Shown here piece by piece: positions 46,901 to 56,027 of a stretch of 64,000 nucleotides of DNA. Location of the stretch: the IMG/VR virus record IMGVR_UViG_3300042197_002762, positions 32,001-96,000 of that record; one strand, 5' to 3'. Made by a program: the position numbers and the translations under genes. The DNA is from a virus. The notes below the pieces were generated by a model, which had not been told where the DNA came from, did no database searches, and saw only the letters and a program-made list of their open reading frames with translations. Numbering within the stretch: the stretch's first letter is position 1; each line of letters starts with the position of its first letter.

Positions 46901-47178
46901 TTTTAAATGAAGAGTTTTCTAATCAATTAAATTATTTTATGGTTAAAGAAGTCGATCATTATAACAATTACGCATTAAATTCAGGAATTTCCGGTACTTT
47001 ACCGTTTAATAAACCATTTAATCACGGATGCTCTCAAGTTTATTATAATGGCATTAAACAAAAAATTGGAAATAATTATGTGGAAAATAGTCGATATGAT
47101 CTAATTTCTGGAACTTTTAACCAACCAAGTGAATTTCAAGAAGTAATTTATAATAATACTGACGATTTTTTTGTGTAA
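43996..47178 (+). CDS. Tail protein with a LamG-like N-terminus and FG-GAP-like beta-propeller repeats
   Basis: FSGYMDRLYIFN; GAGAIYIYTG, GRKIKISNDGNTI, YGQNIELNGLG, GALYTY. Confidence 0.65.
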   Translation: MVNIISGMNFLVEALNIDIQDIPAAFSFRANPTFNTNIIYPDPWASGSSSGILNTVGGNGFFTYSGTGNFNGNNYFNLNKNYSFNNSTIFLSYEKLRSGNEILLSSITGNSFNNSSGFNLGINDANKLYLKYWNNVEGPFTFTYSGILSDKNIIVINRSDSIITLGHFNNNTFEFSSQEFEIFQNNFINSSNLFIGGTPNRPNWDLNNPSNFSGYMDRLYIFNNIPFVYANVLSRGLFSEPTGFAGELEEYCYTTGFLSGSGFSYSTVTGVLVSGFQSGITGITGYQEVISGSSFTGITGYSGKYLGSYIDNCGNNIDIIEQVPLSGIISNEITITVPLTGITFVTGFVDVPLIGVETGIQNVFVTGLICDSYFNNIGDVLYAYDEPYLSSLSYKEISLLTTVNPNKIEPTGNDIIEIYAEKYQPKTLEYNKNLAYDTLNENYFYIDREFKPNEVLMFGNGQALIDNGYELIPSGYEIIRSPNFDYFITGTTVETNKFFGAKDYLFYDFFSGRSSFYPRLSNIFGEVFYQSSNSGVDAFVFKNGQKLISGIDYSVDRLNSAQLIYGSGNRAELGWNLNLNEDGDLLMVSDRGSRTIAQNLYIYNKDSNSQWNSSQTLTGLMKIVWTGPNSVISRDFGSYLSKNGKVLVVLNSKEIDIFTGSKNSNWSLCKNFKYSANFPLGSVFHTQSVQITDVITPLNEVTMNYDGSLILVNAPRLSGYSENSRILILTGSLENGDWVQTSFLDTSLLYIRPYSLRQLNLNNDGTILGIAERFSAWPGPFVGHVRILTGFINNWNLCSIISGSGIGGSLAMSNDANIICTSNPYSGNNISQYGAGAIYIYTGSVSNGWNLKQTITGSHDNRGDAIGRKIKISNDGNTILFNAGISNNTSPTKNRIIKYKGNKNMGWLPDNIYYPNNFQQDSEFINYGQNIELNGLGNAFMTTAPTTTIYPNESVGALYTYGEGMNLYFLNEEFSNQLNYFMVKEVDHYNNYALNSGISGTLPFNKPFNHGCSQVYYNGIKQKIGNNYVENSRYDLISGTFNQPSEFQEVIYNNTDDFFV
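47173..47178 (+). promoter_or_regulatory. RTGTAA putative late promoter element
   Basis: GTGTAA includes the upstream stop codon; 29 nt before the ATG at 47208. Confidence 0.4.
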
Positions 47179-47207
47179 ATTAAATAGGAATATAAAGGAA
47201 AAAGGAT

Positions 47208-49613
47208 ATGGCAATTAAAAATGTACCAACAATTTCTGGACCAAATTATGGAGGAGTAATATATGGTCTTAATCTTAGTATAGGTTATTCAGCAGAACCA
47301 TCTAAATTAACAATTGATATTGTTAATGAAAATGGGGTTTATGCTACACCATCATTAAATTCACAAACGCAAGTAAGATTTGGAAATTTTACTTTTAATG
47401 GGACCGTATGGTCTTATACTTTAAAAGAAAGCGCCGGAGAAAAAACTTTGCAAGTTACTCTAATAGATAATAGTATTATTTTAGATAGATATTATGTTTT
47501 ATTATGGAAACGTGGATTACTTGGTCTAAACGGAACGTTACAAAATAAAAATAAAACTTTTGATTTTAGTGATGAGAGTATTTTAGTACCACAAAGAAAT
47601 AATAAATTATCTGGTTTTGGGTATACGCAATTTATTGAAAGAAGATTGGGCCGAGTGACAGTTCCTTCAAAATCTTATACATTAGGTAGTAGAAGAGTTG
47701 GAAATGTTATTTTAGTTGGGCATGAAAAATTTGCAAATTCTGTTTGTGACATCCCAGATACTTATTATACATTTAATGATTTAAGAGGTCAAATTCCAGT
47801 AAACATGTCTTCTGCCCCAAGTAATGATACTTGGAAAGCCACTCACGAAGGAACTTTAAGAGAAGTGTTAAGCAGTTGGTGTTCAGATTTAGGTTTCGAT
47901 TATTATTGGGATTTTTCTTCAAATACTCTTAGGTTTTTCGATGTATCCGTTGGTATTTCTAATGTTCCTGATATTTCTGGTCCTAATATTATTTCTAAAG
48001 AAAAATCGGTTTCCATGCAGGGAACATTTAGGCAATATGGTATTGGATATACGGCAATGCCGCGATCTGCGGTTAAAGCCTTAAGTGCTTCTAAATCTAG
48101 GGTAGTATTATATTCTTTATCTCCATATCCAATAAGTTACTTTGTAAATAAAATTGGCGCTCCACAGGCTATTAATGCAGATAAAGGTAAATGGGGTGGT
48201 AGAAGAAGTCAAGATGATTTTGTTCATGCAGCGTTCTTAGGTTTCGTTTCAAGAAGTTTGAGAGATTTATATTGTTTTCGAAATGAACACTGGGAAGCTC
48301 TTGGCTATAAAGTTGATAGTGGATTAACAACAAATAAACCAAAAATCATAAGTGCTCTTAAAAAATTTGGTTTTCAAGATATGATTTCAGATTTAGAAGC
48401 ATTTGATGCTAAGGATTTGCCTAATTATGATTTTAATTTTATTAACAGGGACCCCACTATTGCAGATAAGTGGCATGAAATAGAACAAAAACTATTACAA
48501 TATCATGGTAAATATTATAGGGCTTCAGATTCTTCTGGTTCTTTCTTTTATTGTAATTCTAATTATACAATAGAGGTTGAAATATCTGTTGACCCAGAAG
48601 GCCAAGTGCAAGAGCAAGGTAGTGAAAATTTCGCTGGCCGAAAAATCATTGATAGGGGTGGAACAATGAGTCATGATGAAACAAGCGCTCAAGAAGCCAT
48701 TGGTTATGAAAATTTAACTAATGAAATTCAAAATTGCGCTCCAATACATATTGATTTAAAAGAATCTGGTATTTTAGACTCTTTAATAACTGCAAAAATT
48801 CTTTCAGGGAGTAATTCTAAAAAAATAAATACTTTAGTTATTTTTCCAAATAGTGAAAAATTTGTAAAAAATAAAATAGGTTTTAGATCTTCAACAAGTA
48901 GGGGTTTAAATCCTCTTGAACAAACATTTTATGATCAAAAAAATGCCAATATACAATCTGGTAAAAAAAATTGTCCCCAATATGACGAAAGTTTAGAAAA
49001 AGGTTCATGCAAAGCCGCTGAAGAAATTGCTAGAGATACCGCAATTAAAAATGCCGGAGGTACAACTAACGATACAGATAACCCTGATGATTATATTAGC
49101 GGATTAATAACAAAAACAGCTAAGTCTTGTAGCATATCTTTAAAAGGTGGAACTGTAAGAATTTTCGCTCCATCAGACGGAAGTTTACAAGTTGTTTGTA
49201 GATATAATATTAATATTAATAAACTTACTACCGTTGGAACTGAACAATTTTTATGGTCAGCTGGTTCCCCTGGTGGCGCGAATGATGTCGCTGAAATTCG
49301 TATTAATAATGAAAATATTACGGATCCAGACGAAGATTCTTTTCAATCAAGAAGACCTGGAAATTTAATTAAACCAGCGGATGCTGTTTGTGCAACACCC
49401 CAGCAAGAAATTAAATATGTTTTTGCTGGTGAGCCAGAAGGCGTAGCGTTAAGTCCAACTAATGGGTTATCAAATTTAGATATTAGCTTGTCGTCAGATG
49501 GCTTTACAACAACAGCTACTTTTGCTACAAAACCGCCAAAACTATCAAAAGCCAATAATACAGTAAGATATGTCCAATCACAATTTAACCGCGCTTCTTA
49601 TAACGCTTCATAA
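47208..49613 (+). CDS. Baseplate hub/central tail tip protein (putative)
   Basis: N-terminal hub-like pattern (SKLTIDIV; LREVLSSWCSDLGFDYYWD). Confidence 0.55.
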   Translation: MAIKNVPTISGPNYGGVIYGLNLSIGYSAEPSKLTIDIVNENGVYATPSLNSQTQVRFGNFTFNGTVWSYTLKESAGEKTLQVTLIDNSIILDRYYVLLWKRGLLGLNGTLQNKNKTFDFSDESILVPQRNNKLSGFGYTQFIERRLGRVTVPSKSYTLGSRRVGNVILVGHEKFANSVCDIPDTYYTFNDLRGQIPVNMSSAPSNDTWKATHEGTLREVLSSWCSDLGFDYYWDFSSNTLRFFDVSVGISNVPDISGPNIISKEKSVSMQGTFRQYGIGYTAMPRSAVKALSASKSRVVLYSLSPYPISYFVNKIGAPQAINADKGKWGGRRSQDDFVHAAFLGFVSRSLRDLYCFRNEHWEALGYKVDSGLTTNKPKIISALKKFGFQDMISDLEAFDAKDLPNYDFNFINRDPTIADKWHEIEQKLLQYHGKYYRASDSSGSFFYCNSNYTIEVEISVDPEGQVQEQGSENFAGRKIIDRGGTMSHDETSAQEAIGYENLTNEIQNCAPIHIDLKESGILDSLITAKILSGSNSKKINTLVIFPNSEKFVKNKIGFRSSTSRGLNPLEQTFYDQKNANIQSGKKNCPQYDESLEKGSCKAAEEIARDTAIKNAGGTTNDTDNPDDYISGLITKTAKSCSISLKGGTVRIFAPSDGSLQVVCRYNININKLTTVGTEQFLWSAGSPGGANDVAEIRINNENITDPDEDSFQSRRPGNLIKPADAVCATPQQEIKYVFAGEPEGVALSPTNGLSNLDISLSSDGFTTTATFATKPPKLSKANNTVRYVQSQFNRASYNAS

Positions 49614-49615
49614 GT

Positions 49616-52600
49616 ATGGTTATTACATCTGGGATACAGTATAGAAATTTTGCAGCACAAAATGAATTTTCTTTTTCTTTTAGTGCTATAAATTCTATTT
49701 CTTCTGGTATCTCAGAAATTGGTTTTTCTGGGGGTGAAAATGTATTACCAATTTTTTCTTTTAAGAGCGGAAATATTTTTGATTTTAACAATAAATATGT
49801 ATGGTCTTACAATCCAAGAGAGGTAATTAATTTTTCTGGTAATATTGGTTCTGGTTACATTAATTACTTTATAAATAATAATCCAATATGTTTATTTTCT
49901 CCTAAATCTAATAATTTATATTATGATTATTTTTATTTAAAAACAACTGGCTCTGAAATTGATTATGATTTTTATATTCAAGGGGACCGACCAAATTATA
50001 ATGTTATCTTTCCTAAAAGTGGTTTTTTTGGGCAGCGACTAACGGGATTTATAAAAAATTTTGAAACTATACCAGAGAAGTCTTTTAAAATTTTTAGTGG
50101 CACTTTATTTAATGAGAATACAGATTATGAAATACAAAATTTGCCGCTATTTGTAATTTCTGGTAACCAGTCTGGACAAATAATTTTAAAACCGGAATTT
50201 GACGACAATATTGTAATTTCGGAGGTAACACCATCTCAAGCAACCCTATTTTTTAATACAAATTTTGGTAATGTTCAAAATACTATATCTTTTGACTTAA
50301 TTCCTGGTCCTATTTATTTTGTTGAATTATTTACAGGATATACTGGAGGAACTGGATTAATTGACAATTTTACTTTTGGTCAATATTATAATTATGAATT
50401 AAGAACAATATCTCCAGACCCGTTAGAAGTAACGGTTTTAATAAAAAATATTTCTGGGCATACTGGACAATTAATATCTGGAGAATTTGCTGCTAGTGGT
50501 TTTGCCAGCGGTGATATATCTGGTTTTGTTTATGGGTTTGATTATATTACTGGCGTTTTGACGGGAACTGGAATTTCTCTGTTTGAAACTGATTATTATG
50601 GACAATTTCCAACAGGGAAAATTTCAAGTAATTATAGAGAATTACAATATGCTACTGGAACACTAAATTATACATATAGGCTTCCGTTATTAGGAGCGAG
50701 CGGAACTGGTAATTCACCAGAAGGAACCGTAATTACAGCCACCGGATTTTTAAATTCGCCATTAACTGGTTTTATATATGGATATGGTATTTTTTCCGAA
50801 CAAAGAAATATCAGTTTGACGGGTTTTTATTTTGATAGCATAAATATAAAAACAGGATTACAAAGTTTAACTGGATCTGGATTTTATACTGGAACTTATT
50901 TTTTAGACTATAGAAAATTGTTATGGCGGTCTAACAATATTACGGGTACAAATTTTACTGGATCTGGAAATAAAATTGTAGATATCACGGGATTTTCTTT
51001 TGGGTCAATGTTATCCAATAATTCTGGTTCAATTAGTTTTGGCAATATAATAGCTAACCAGCAAACTGGTACGGTATTAAAAGAAATTATTAATCAAAAT
51101 CCAGGGTTATTTATTAATAGTGGTAGTGGATTTTCTACAGAAAATAATTCACTTTCAGAAAGAGCTTTTTTAGGTGATCAATATTTTTACTTAACTGGAC
51201 AAACTGGAGATATTGGAATCTTTTTTAGATTTTACGATCCATCATCAAAAGGTAAAATAACTTATTATTCTTTTGAGCTAGACTTTAATACTTTAAAATA
51301 TCCATACAATTTTGATTTACAATTATCAGAAAATAGAAATGGACCATGGACGACAATTGATTCCCGTACCGGAGATGGTTTGTTTTTAAGAGATGAGCCA
51401 TTAACTTTTTATGAATACCCAAGAGAAATTATTCTAAAATGTAATAATCATAACCAAACAATTAATAATAATGCGACTTATAACTATGCGCGTATTGAAA
51501 TTAAATCTGGTGGTTTTTGGCCACATGCTTTTACTGGCCAAAGATCTAGTAGTGGTATTGGTTTTAGAAAAATTGAACTGTATACTGGCACAAATGTTAA
51601 TATCAATAATTTAGAATCATTTTCTACTTATTCAGTAGCACCGAATTTAACTGGATATAATAAACCTTCTGGCGGAATTTTGAATAATAATTCTTTTTCT
51701 GGGCAAGTAATATATAGTGATGATTCTGTATCTTATCCAGCTTGGTATGCTTTCAATGAGAATAAAAATATTTATCCATACGCTGAAATATCCGGAGATA
51801 TTAATAATGATATATACTTAGGTTATTCTGTAGCTAATAGATTTTTTGATTTTACTGGGTTTAACATTGAATTTGAAGCGGGTTTTATTCCAACAGGTGT
51901 TGTTCTTCAGTTTTCTAGAGATGGAAATAATTATAGCACTATCTATCAAAATTATAATAATACTGGAAATCTGAATTTAAATTTTGATATTATTACCGGA
52001 TGTAAGGATTTAAAATTTACATTTAATAAAAATTTATCTTCAAGCTCAAGCTCTTCATTTAATTGCGTAACTCCGCCTAATTATATTGATACTAATAATA
52101 TTTGTTATCAAAATGCTATTAATAGCGATCCATTTTGCTGTGAGGTTAGTTGGGATGCGGAATGTGACAATGAATATTTTACTTGTGCCGGATCGTCTTC
52201 TAGTAGTAGTAGTAGTAGTAGCAGTTCTAGTTTATCATCTTTCTTATTTAATTCTAATTTATGGATAGACCCAGACGGTGGCAATATCTTTTTAGAACCA
52301 AATCAAAATTCGTCGTCAAGTTCTACTACAAATAGTTCGTCGAGCAGTTCGTCGTCGAGTAGTTCCTCGTCGAGTAGTTCCTCGTCGAGCAGTTCCTCGT
52401 CGAGCAGTTCCTCGTCGAGCAGTTCGTCGTCGAGTAACTCTTCGCCAAGTAGTTCGTCGTCAAGCAGTTCGTCGTCGAGCAGTTCGTCGTCGAGCAGTTC
52501 GTCGTCGAGCAGTTCGTCGTCGAGCAGTTCGTCGTCGAGCAGTTCGTCGTCGAGCAGTTCGTCGTCGAGTAGTTCCTCGTCGAGCAGTTCCTCGTCGAGC

Positions 52601-52912
52601 AGTTCCTCGTCGAGCAGTTCGTCGTCGAGCAGTTCCTCGTCGAGCAGTTCCTCGTCGAGCAGTTCCTCGTCGAGCAGTTCCTCGTCGAGCAGTTCGTCGT
52701 CGAGCAGTTCGTCGTCGAGCAGTTCGTCGTCGAGTAGTTCGTCGTCGAGCAGTTCGTCGTCGAGCAGTTCGTCGTCGAGTTTAGGCCCATTAGTTGTCAA
52801 TTCATTATGGATAGATCCGGAAAATAGTAATGTAATATTAGAAAGTAGCTCGTCGTCAAGCAGTTCGTCGTCAAGTAGTTCGTCGTCAAGTAGTTCTTCT
52901 AGTAGTTTATAA
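49616..52912 (+). CDS. Tail fibre/adhesin-like protein with discoidin-like domains and a long poly-Ser C-terminus
   Basis: TG/SG-rich; YPAWYAFN and LQFSRDGNNY; DPFCCEVSWD Cys module; Ser tracts. Confidence 0.65.
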   Translation: MVITSGIQYRNFAAQNEFSFSFSAINSISSGISEIGFSGGENVLPIFSFKSGNIFDFNNKYVWSYNPREVINFSGNIGSGYINYFINNNPICLFSPKSNNLYYDYFYLKTTGSEIDYDFYIQGDRPNYNVIFPKSGFFGQRLTGFIKNFETIPEKSFKIFSGTLFNENTDYEIQNLPLFVISGNQSGQIILKPEFDDNIVISEVTPSQATLFFNTNFGNVQNTISFDLIPGPIYFVELFTGYTGGTGLIDNFTFGQYYNYELRTISPDPLEVTVLIKNISGHTGQLISGEFAASGFASGDISGFVYGFDYITGVLTGTGISLFETDYYGQFPTGKISSNYRELQYATGTLNYTYRLPLLGASGTGNSPEGTVITATGFLNSPLTGFIYGYGIFSEQRNISLTGFYFDSINIKTGLQSLTGSGFYTGTYFLDYRKLLWRSNNITGTNFTGSGNKIVDITGFSFGSMLSNNSGSISFGNIIANQQTGTVLKEIINQNPGLFINSGSGFSTENNSLSERAFLGDQYFYLTGQTGDIGIFFRFYDPSSKGKITYYSFELDFNTLKYPYNFDLQLSENRNGPWTTIDSRTGDGLFLRDEPLTFYEYPREIILKCNNHNQTINNNATYNYARIEIKSGGFWPHAFTGQRSSSGIGFRKIELYTGTNVNINNLESFSTYSVAPNLTGYNKPSGGILNNNSFSGQVIYSDDSVSYPAWYAFNENKNIYPYAEISGDINNDIYLGYSVANRFFDFTGFNIEFEAGFIPTGVVLQFSRDGNNYSTIYQNYNNTGNLNLNFDIITGCKDLKFTFNKNLSSSSSSSFNCVTPPNYIDTNNICYQNAINSDPFCCEVSWDAECDNEYFTCAGSSSSSSSSSSSSSLSSFLFNSNLWIDPDGGNIFLEPNQNSSSSSTTNSSSSSSSSSSSSSSSSSSSSSSSSSSSSSSSSSSNSSPSSSSSSSSSSSSSSSSSSSSSSSSSSSSSSSSSSSSSSSSSSSSSSSSSSSSSSSSSSSSSSSSSSSSSSSSSSSSSSSSSSSSSSSSSSSSSSSSSSSSSSSSSSSSSSSLGPLVVNSLWIDPENSNVILESSSSSSSSSSSSSSSSSSSSSL
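52334..52780 (+). repeat. 15-bp minisatellite (TCGTCGAGCAGTTCG and variants), about 30 units, coding poly-Ser
   Basis: 149 codons, all Ser except one Asn and one Pro. Confidence 0.95.
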
Positions 52913-52948
52913 AATGAATTTAATAATTTATATAAAATTACTTTTTAA

Positions 52949-52954
52949 GTGTAA
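52949..52954 (+). promoter_or_regulatory. RTGTAA putative late promoter element
   Basis: GTGTAA 23 nt before the ATG at 52978. Confidence 0.55.
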
Positions 52955-52977
52955 CATATATAGGAAAAAGGTTAAAT

Positions 52978-55900
52978 ATGGCTAATTTTATTGGTACAAT
53001 TTCTGGAATTAGGGACAAGTCTACGAATAATTTTTTATTCAGAATGACGGGTATTACTGGTTTAAATGGTGAAAACCATCCTTTTAGCTATTATTCTGGC
53101 AATGGAATCGATTTTATTAGAGTAAATTCAAGTGGAGAATTGCTTAACCAACAAGTTCCAAAAATTAATTTAAATATTCCTTTCCATCTAGTTTTTGTTC
53201 ATAGATGGAATCAATTATTAAATGATGTTTCTTATATACCATTTACTCTTGATTGTACTGGTATATCTGGCGTTTCTAAAATAGCTGCAATCTATACTCC
53301 ATTTGATAATGGATCAGGGACAGATGTATTTTTAGGAATGTATACAAGTGGAAATCAATTGGTGGGACCAAGTTTATCTGTCGCTTCTTATGGTAGTCTA
53401 ACAGGTACTCAAAATTTTATTGTTGACCAATGGATTTATAGTGGTAACAATTATTTCGGTAAAGCTGGTAGCACATTTAAAAAATTAAATCAAACTAAAA
53501 ATTTAAATAATTTTCAATATATAAATGACTCTCGTATTAACGTTGAAAAACCTGGCTCAACGCTTGGTTTATCTGGTATTCTTCAAGAAAATTATTTTTA
53601 TGATCTTGGAGAGCTAATGGTGTTTAACAAAACATTAACTTGTCAAGAAAAATTACAATTATGTGAGTATTTAAATAATAAATGGGGCGTCAATGATACT
53701 TGTGTAAGCTGTTCAAGTAGTTCAAGTTCTAGCTCAAGCTCAAGTTCGAGCGTTGACCCTGCAAAAACATTTGTTTCTGTTCTGACAAATGAACAAACGT
53801 TGAGTGGGCGATTAAACCAACCAATGTGGGTTAATATTAACCCATCAATAATACAACCTGGTCAAATAGGAAATGCTTTTTTTAGTTTTATCGCGCCTAA
53901 TAATAATTTATGGCAAACGACTGGTCTTGTTCCAAATACGTGGAATGTAATTTCGGGTTCTTTACCAGCTGGATTGGGTTTATCAACAGGAGCTTTTGGC
54001 GTTATAACTGGTACGCCAACACAATCTGTCAATAGAAAAGTTTTAATACGTCAATGTTATTGTACGGGCTTTTATCCACCATGTGTAATTTTTAGAGATT
54101 CTTTTGTTAATGTTAATATAACAAATTCTGCCACATCTACTGGTAATTTATATGCGGTAGACAATAGTCGTTTAATATTTACGTGTGGTAATGACCCAGG
54201 ACCGTCCCCATCTCCAAATCCCCAAACACTTGCAAAATTAAGTAACGAACAAACTTTAAATTTATTAGTTAATACGCCATCATGGACACCTAATAACTTA
54301 TTAATTGTAAATAAAACTAATACTCCAGGATGTTTAGTTGATCATGGTATTGATTTACAAGAAAATTTATGGAGAAGTTTTGGATTGCTTCCTAATAGTT
54401 GGAGTGTTACTAGTGGTTCTTTACCAAATGGTTTAACCTTATCTACAACAAAAAGTAATTTAATAGAAGGTACACCAACGCAATTAGGTTCTACTGGTTG
54501 TATAATTAGACAATGTTATTGTACAAGTACGGTTCCTAATTGCGCTCTATTTGTAGATTCTAAGATTAATTTTAATGTAGTTAATGAGATTGCCCAATCT
54601 CAAGATATCATTCAAAATGATTTTACGATTGATAATCGTACATTTTCTGCTGACTGTGGTCCAGGACCATCACCCTCGCCAAGCCCTTCACCAAGCCCTA
54701 GCCCTAGCCCTAGCCCTGGCCCTGGCCCTGGCCCTAGTCCTTCGCCTAGTCCTTCGCCTAGTCCTTCGCCAAGTCCTTCGCCAAGCCCTTCGCCTGGAAA
54801 TGAAAGCTGTTGTGAAAAAGAACCATCAATAACACTTACAAGTGCGACTCCTATTTGTAGTCCCTCTGAAAGAAAAGTTCTTATCGGTGCGTCATGTCAA
54901 GTTAAATTATGGGAAGCTTGTGATCATACCAGTTTACAAACAACATTTGAATTCATGGGTAAACGTTATCCAGGGCAAGGTGGTCGTATAAATAATGGCA
55001 ATCTTACAAATGATGTGGAATGTGAAGTACCAAATAATTTTATAAGAGAAATTTGCGGAGGAACAAATCCAAAAATTACTGTTTATGTTGAGGGTACTTT
55101 AAATAATAATTTAAGTAGTTGTTCAGATACTTTTGAAATTGACGATGACGGGAATAAAACCCAAACAGGGGATGACTCAAAATATAATCAAATGAAAATT
55201 TCTATTCCAAATGATCCTAATGATATCGATTGGGAAACTGTTTGGGGACCGTTTCGAAAAGAATCATGTGGAAGATATTGGAACGATCCAAGTAATACGA
55301 GCAAATGCCCTATTTGTGATTGTTGTTCAGATGTTGAGAATTTACAAGATGAAAGCTACAGATTTGGAGGTGATAATGAATTTATTAAATTTGTTAATCC
55401 TTGTTGGGAATACGTCGGAAAAGATGCAAAATGCGAAGAAGTAAATGAAGAACTAGACACATGCTGTATAGATTTTGACTGTGTGGAAAGTGCTAAAAGC
55501 CCTGTCCCACCCAAAATTGGTGCCCATAGAGCAATGTTTGAATGCAACAAAGAAGAACAAGTATGGCCAGCTGTTTACTTACTAGTCTGTGATCCTAAAT
55601 TATGCACTAATCGTCAAGCTTGGATAGAGGCTGGCCTAAGTTTTCCAGAGAATGGACAAGGAAATAATTGGGAAACTGTTCTAGAATGGAATGAAAAAAA
55701 TGGCGGAAATTTGGTTAAAGCAACATCTATACCAGCAAACTGTATTGGCGGAGGTAGTGAGTTGTGTTATATTTGCACGCCCAATAAACAAGCGGAATGT
55801 CCTTGTCAGGTGGATGAGTGCTGTTCATCTTCATCCTCGTCTTCATCGTCTTCATCGTCTTCATCGTCTTCATCGTCTTCATCATCTTCATCCTCGTCGT

Positions 55901-56025
55901 CCCAAGAACCATCATCACAAGAACCGTCTTCTTCTGATTATACAGGTGGCCAAAATGCAGCGCTAATGTTAGATATTCTTAAACTTTTAGAAGATCAGGA
56001 GATAAACAATCTAATTGATAAATAA
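52978..56025 (+). CDS. Cys-rich modular fibre/adhesin: LamG-like, two He_PIG-like Ig domains, Ser-Pro and poly-Ser linkers
   Basis: ELMVFNKTL...YLNNKWG; W(N/S)V(I/T)SGSLP.GL.LST...I.GTPTQ twice; about 40 Cys. Confidence 0.7.
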   Translation: MANFIGTISGIRDKSTNNFLFRMTGITGLNGENHPFSYYSGNGIDFIRVNSSGELLNQQVPKINLNIPFHLVFVHRWNQLLNDVSYIPFTLDCTGISGVSKIAAIYTPFDNGSGTDVFLGMYTSGNQLVGPSLSVASYGSLTGTQNFIVDQWIYSGNNYFGKAGSTFKKLNQTKNLNNFQYINDSRINVEKPGSTLGLSGILQENYFYDLGELMVFNKTLTCQEKLQLCEYLNNKWGVNDTCVSCSSSSSSSSSSSSSVDPAKTFVSVLTNEQTLSGRLNQPMWVNINPSIIQPGQIGNAFFSFIAPNNNLWQTTGLVPNTWNVISGSLPAGLGLSTGAFGVITGTPTQSVNRKVLIRQCYCTGFYPPCVIFRDSFVNVNITNSATSTGNLYAVDNSRLIFTCGNDPGPSPSPNPQTLAKLSNEQTLNLLVNTPSWTPNNLLIVNKTNTPGCLVDHGIDLQENLWRSFGLLPNSWSVTSGSLPNGLTLSTTKSNLIEGTPTQLGSTGCIIRQCYCTSTVPNCALFVDSKINFNVVNEIAQSQDIIQNDFTIDNRTFSADCGPGPSPSPSPSPSPSPSPSPGPGPGPSPSPSPSPSPSPSPSPSPSPGNESCCEKEPSITLTSATPICSPSERKVLIGASCQVKLWEACDHTSLQTTFEFMGKRYPGQGGRINNGNLTNDVECEVPNNFIREICGGTNPKITVYVEGTLNNNLSSCSDTFEIDDDGNKTQTGDDSKYNQMKISIPNDPNDIDWETVWGPFRKESCGRYWNDPSNTSKCPICDCCSDVENLQDESYRFGGDNEFIKFVNPCWEYVGKDAKCEEVNEELDTCCIDFDCVESAKSPVPPKIGAHRAMFECNKEEQVWPAVYLLVCDPKLCTNRQAWIEAGLSFPENGQGNNWETVLEWNEKNGGNLVKATSIPANCIGGGSELCYICTPNKQAECPCQVDECCSSSSSSSSSSSSSSSSSSSSSSSSSSQEPSSQEPSSSDYTGGQNAALMLDILKLLEDQEINNLIDK
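54658..54798 (+). repeat. (Ser/Gly-Pro)n coding repeat
   Basis: AGCCCT, GGCCCT and AGTCCTTCGCCT units. Confidence 0.9.
55825..55902 (+). repeat. Poly-Ser coding repeat (TCTTCATCG units)
   Basis: Direct reading. Confidence 0.9.
55904..55994 (+). repeat. 91-bp direct repeat, copy 1 (copy 2 at 58145-58235)
   Basis: 87 of 91 nt identical by manual alignment. Confidence 0.9.
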
Positions 56026-56027
56026 TC

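Noticed and set aside
52334-52780. Regular repeat array resembling CRISPR
   Set aside because: Head-to-tail 15-mers with no unique spacers, in frame within a CDS; no cas genes
52303-52800. Minus-strand ORFs with (LLDDE)n and (STTNC)n repeats
   Set aside because: Shadow frames of the poly-Ser minisatellite, with no promoter or operon context on that strand
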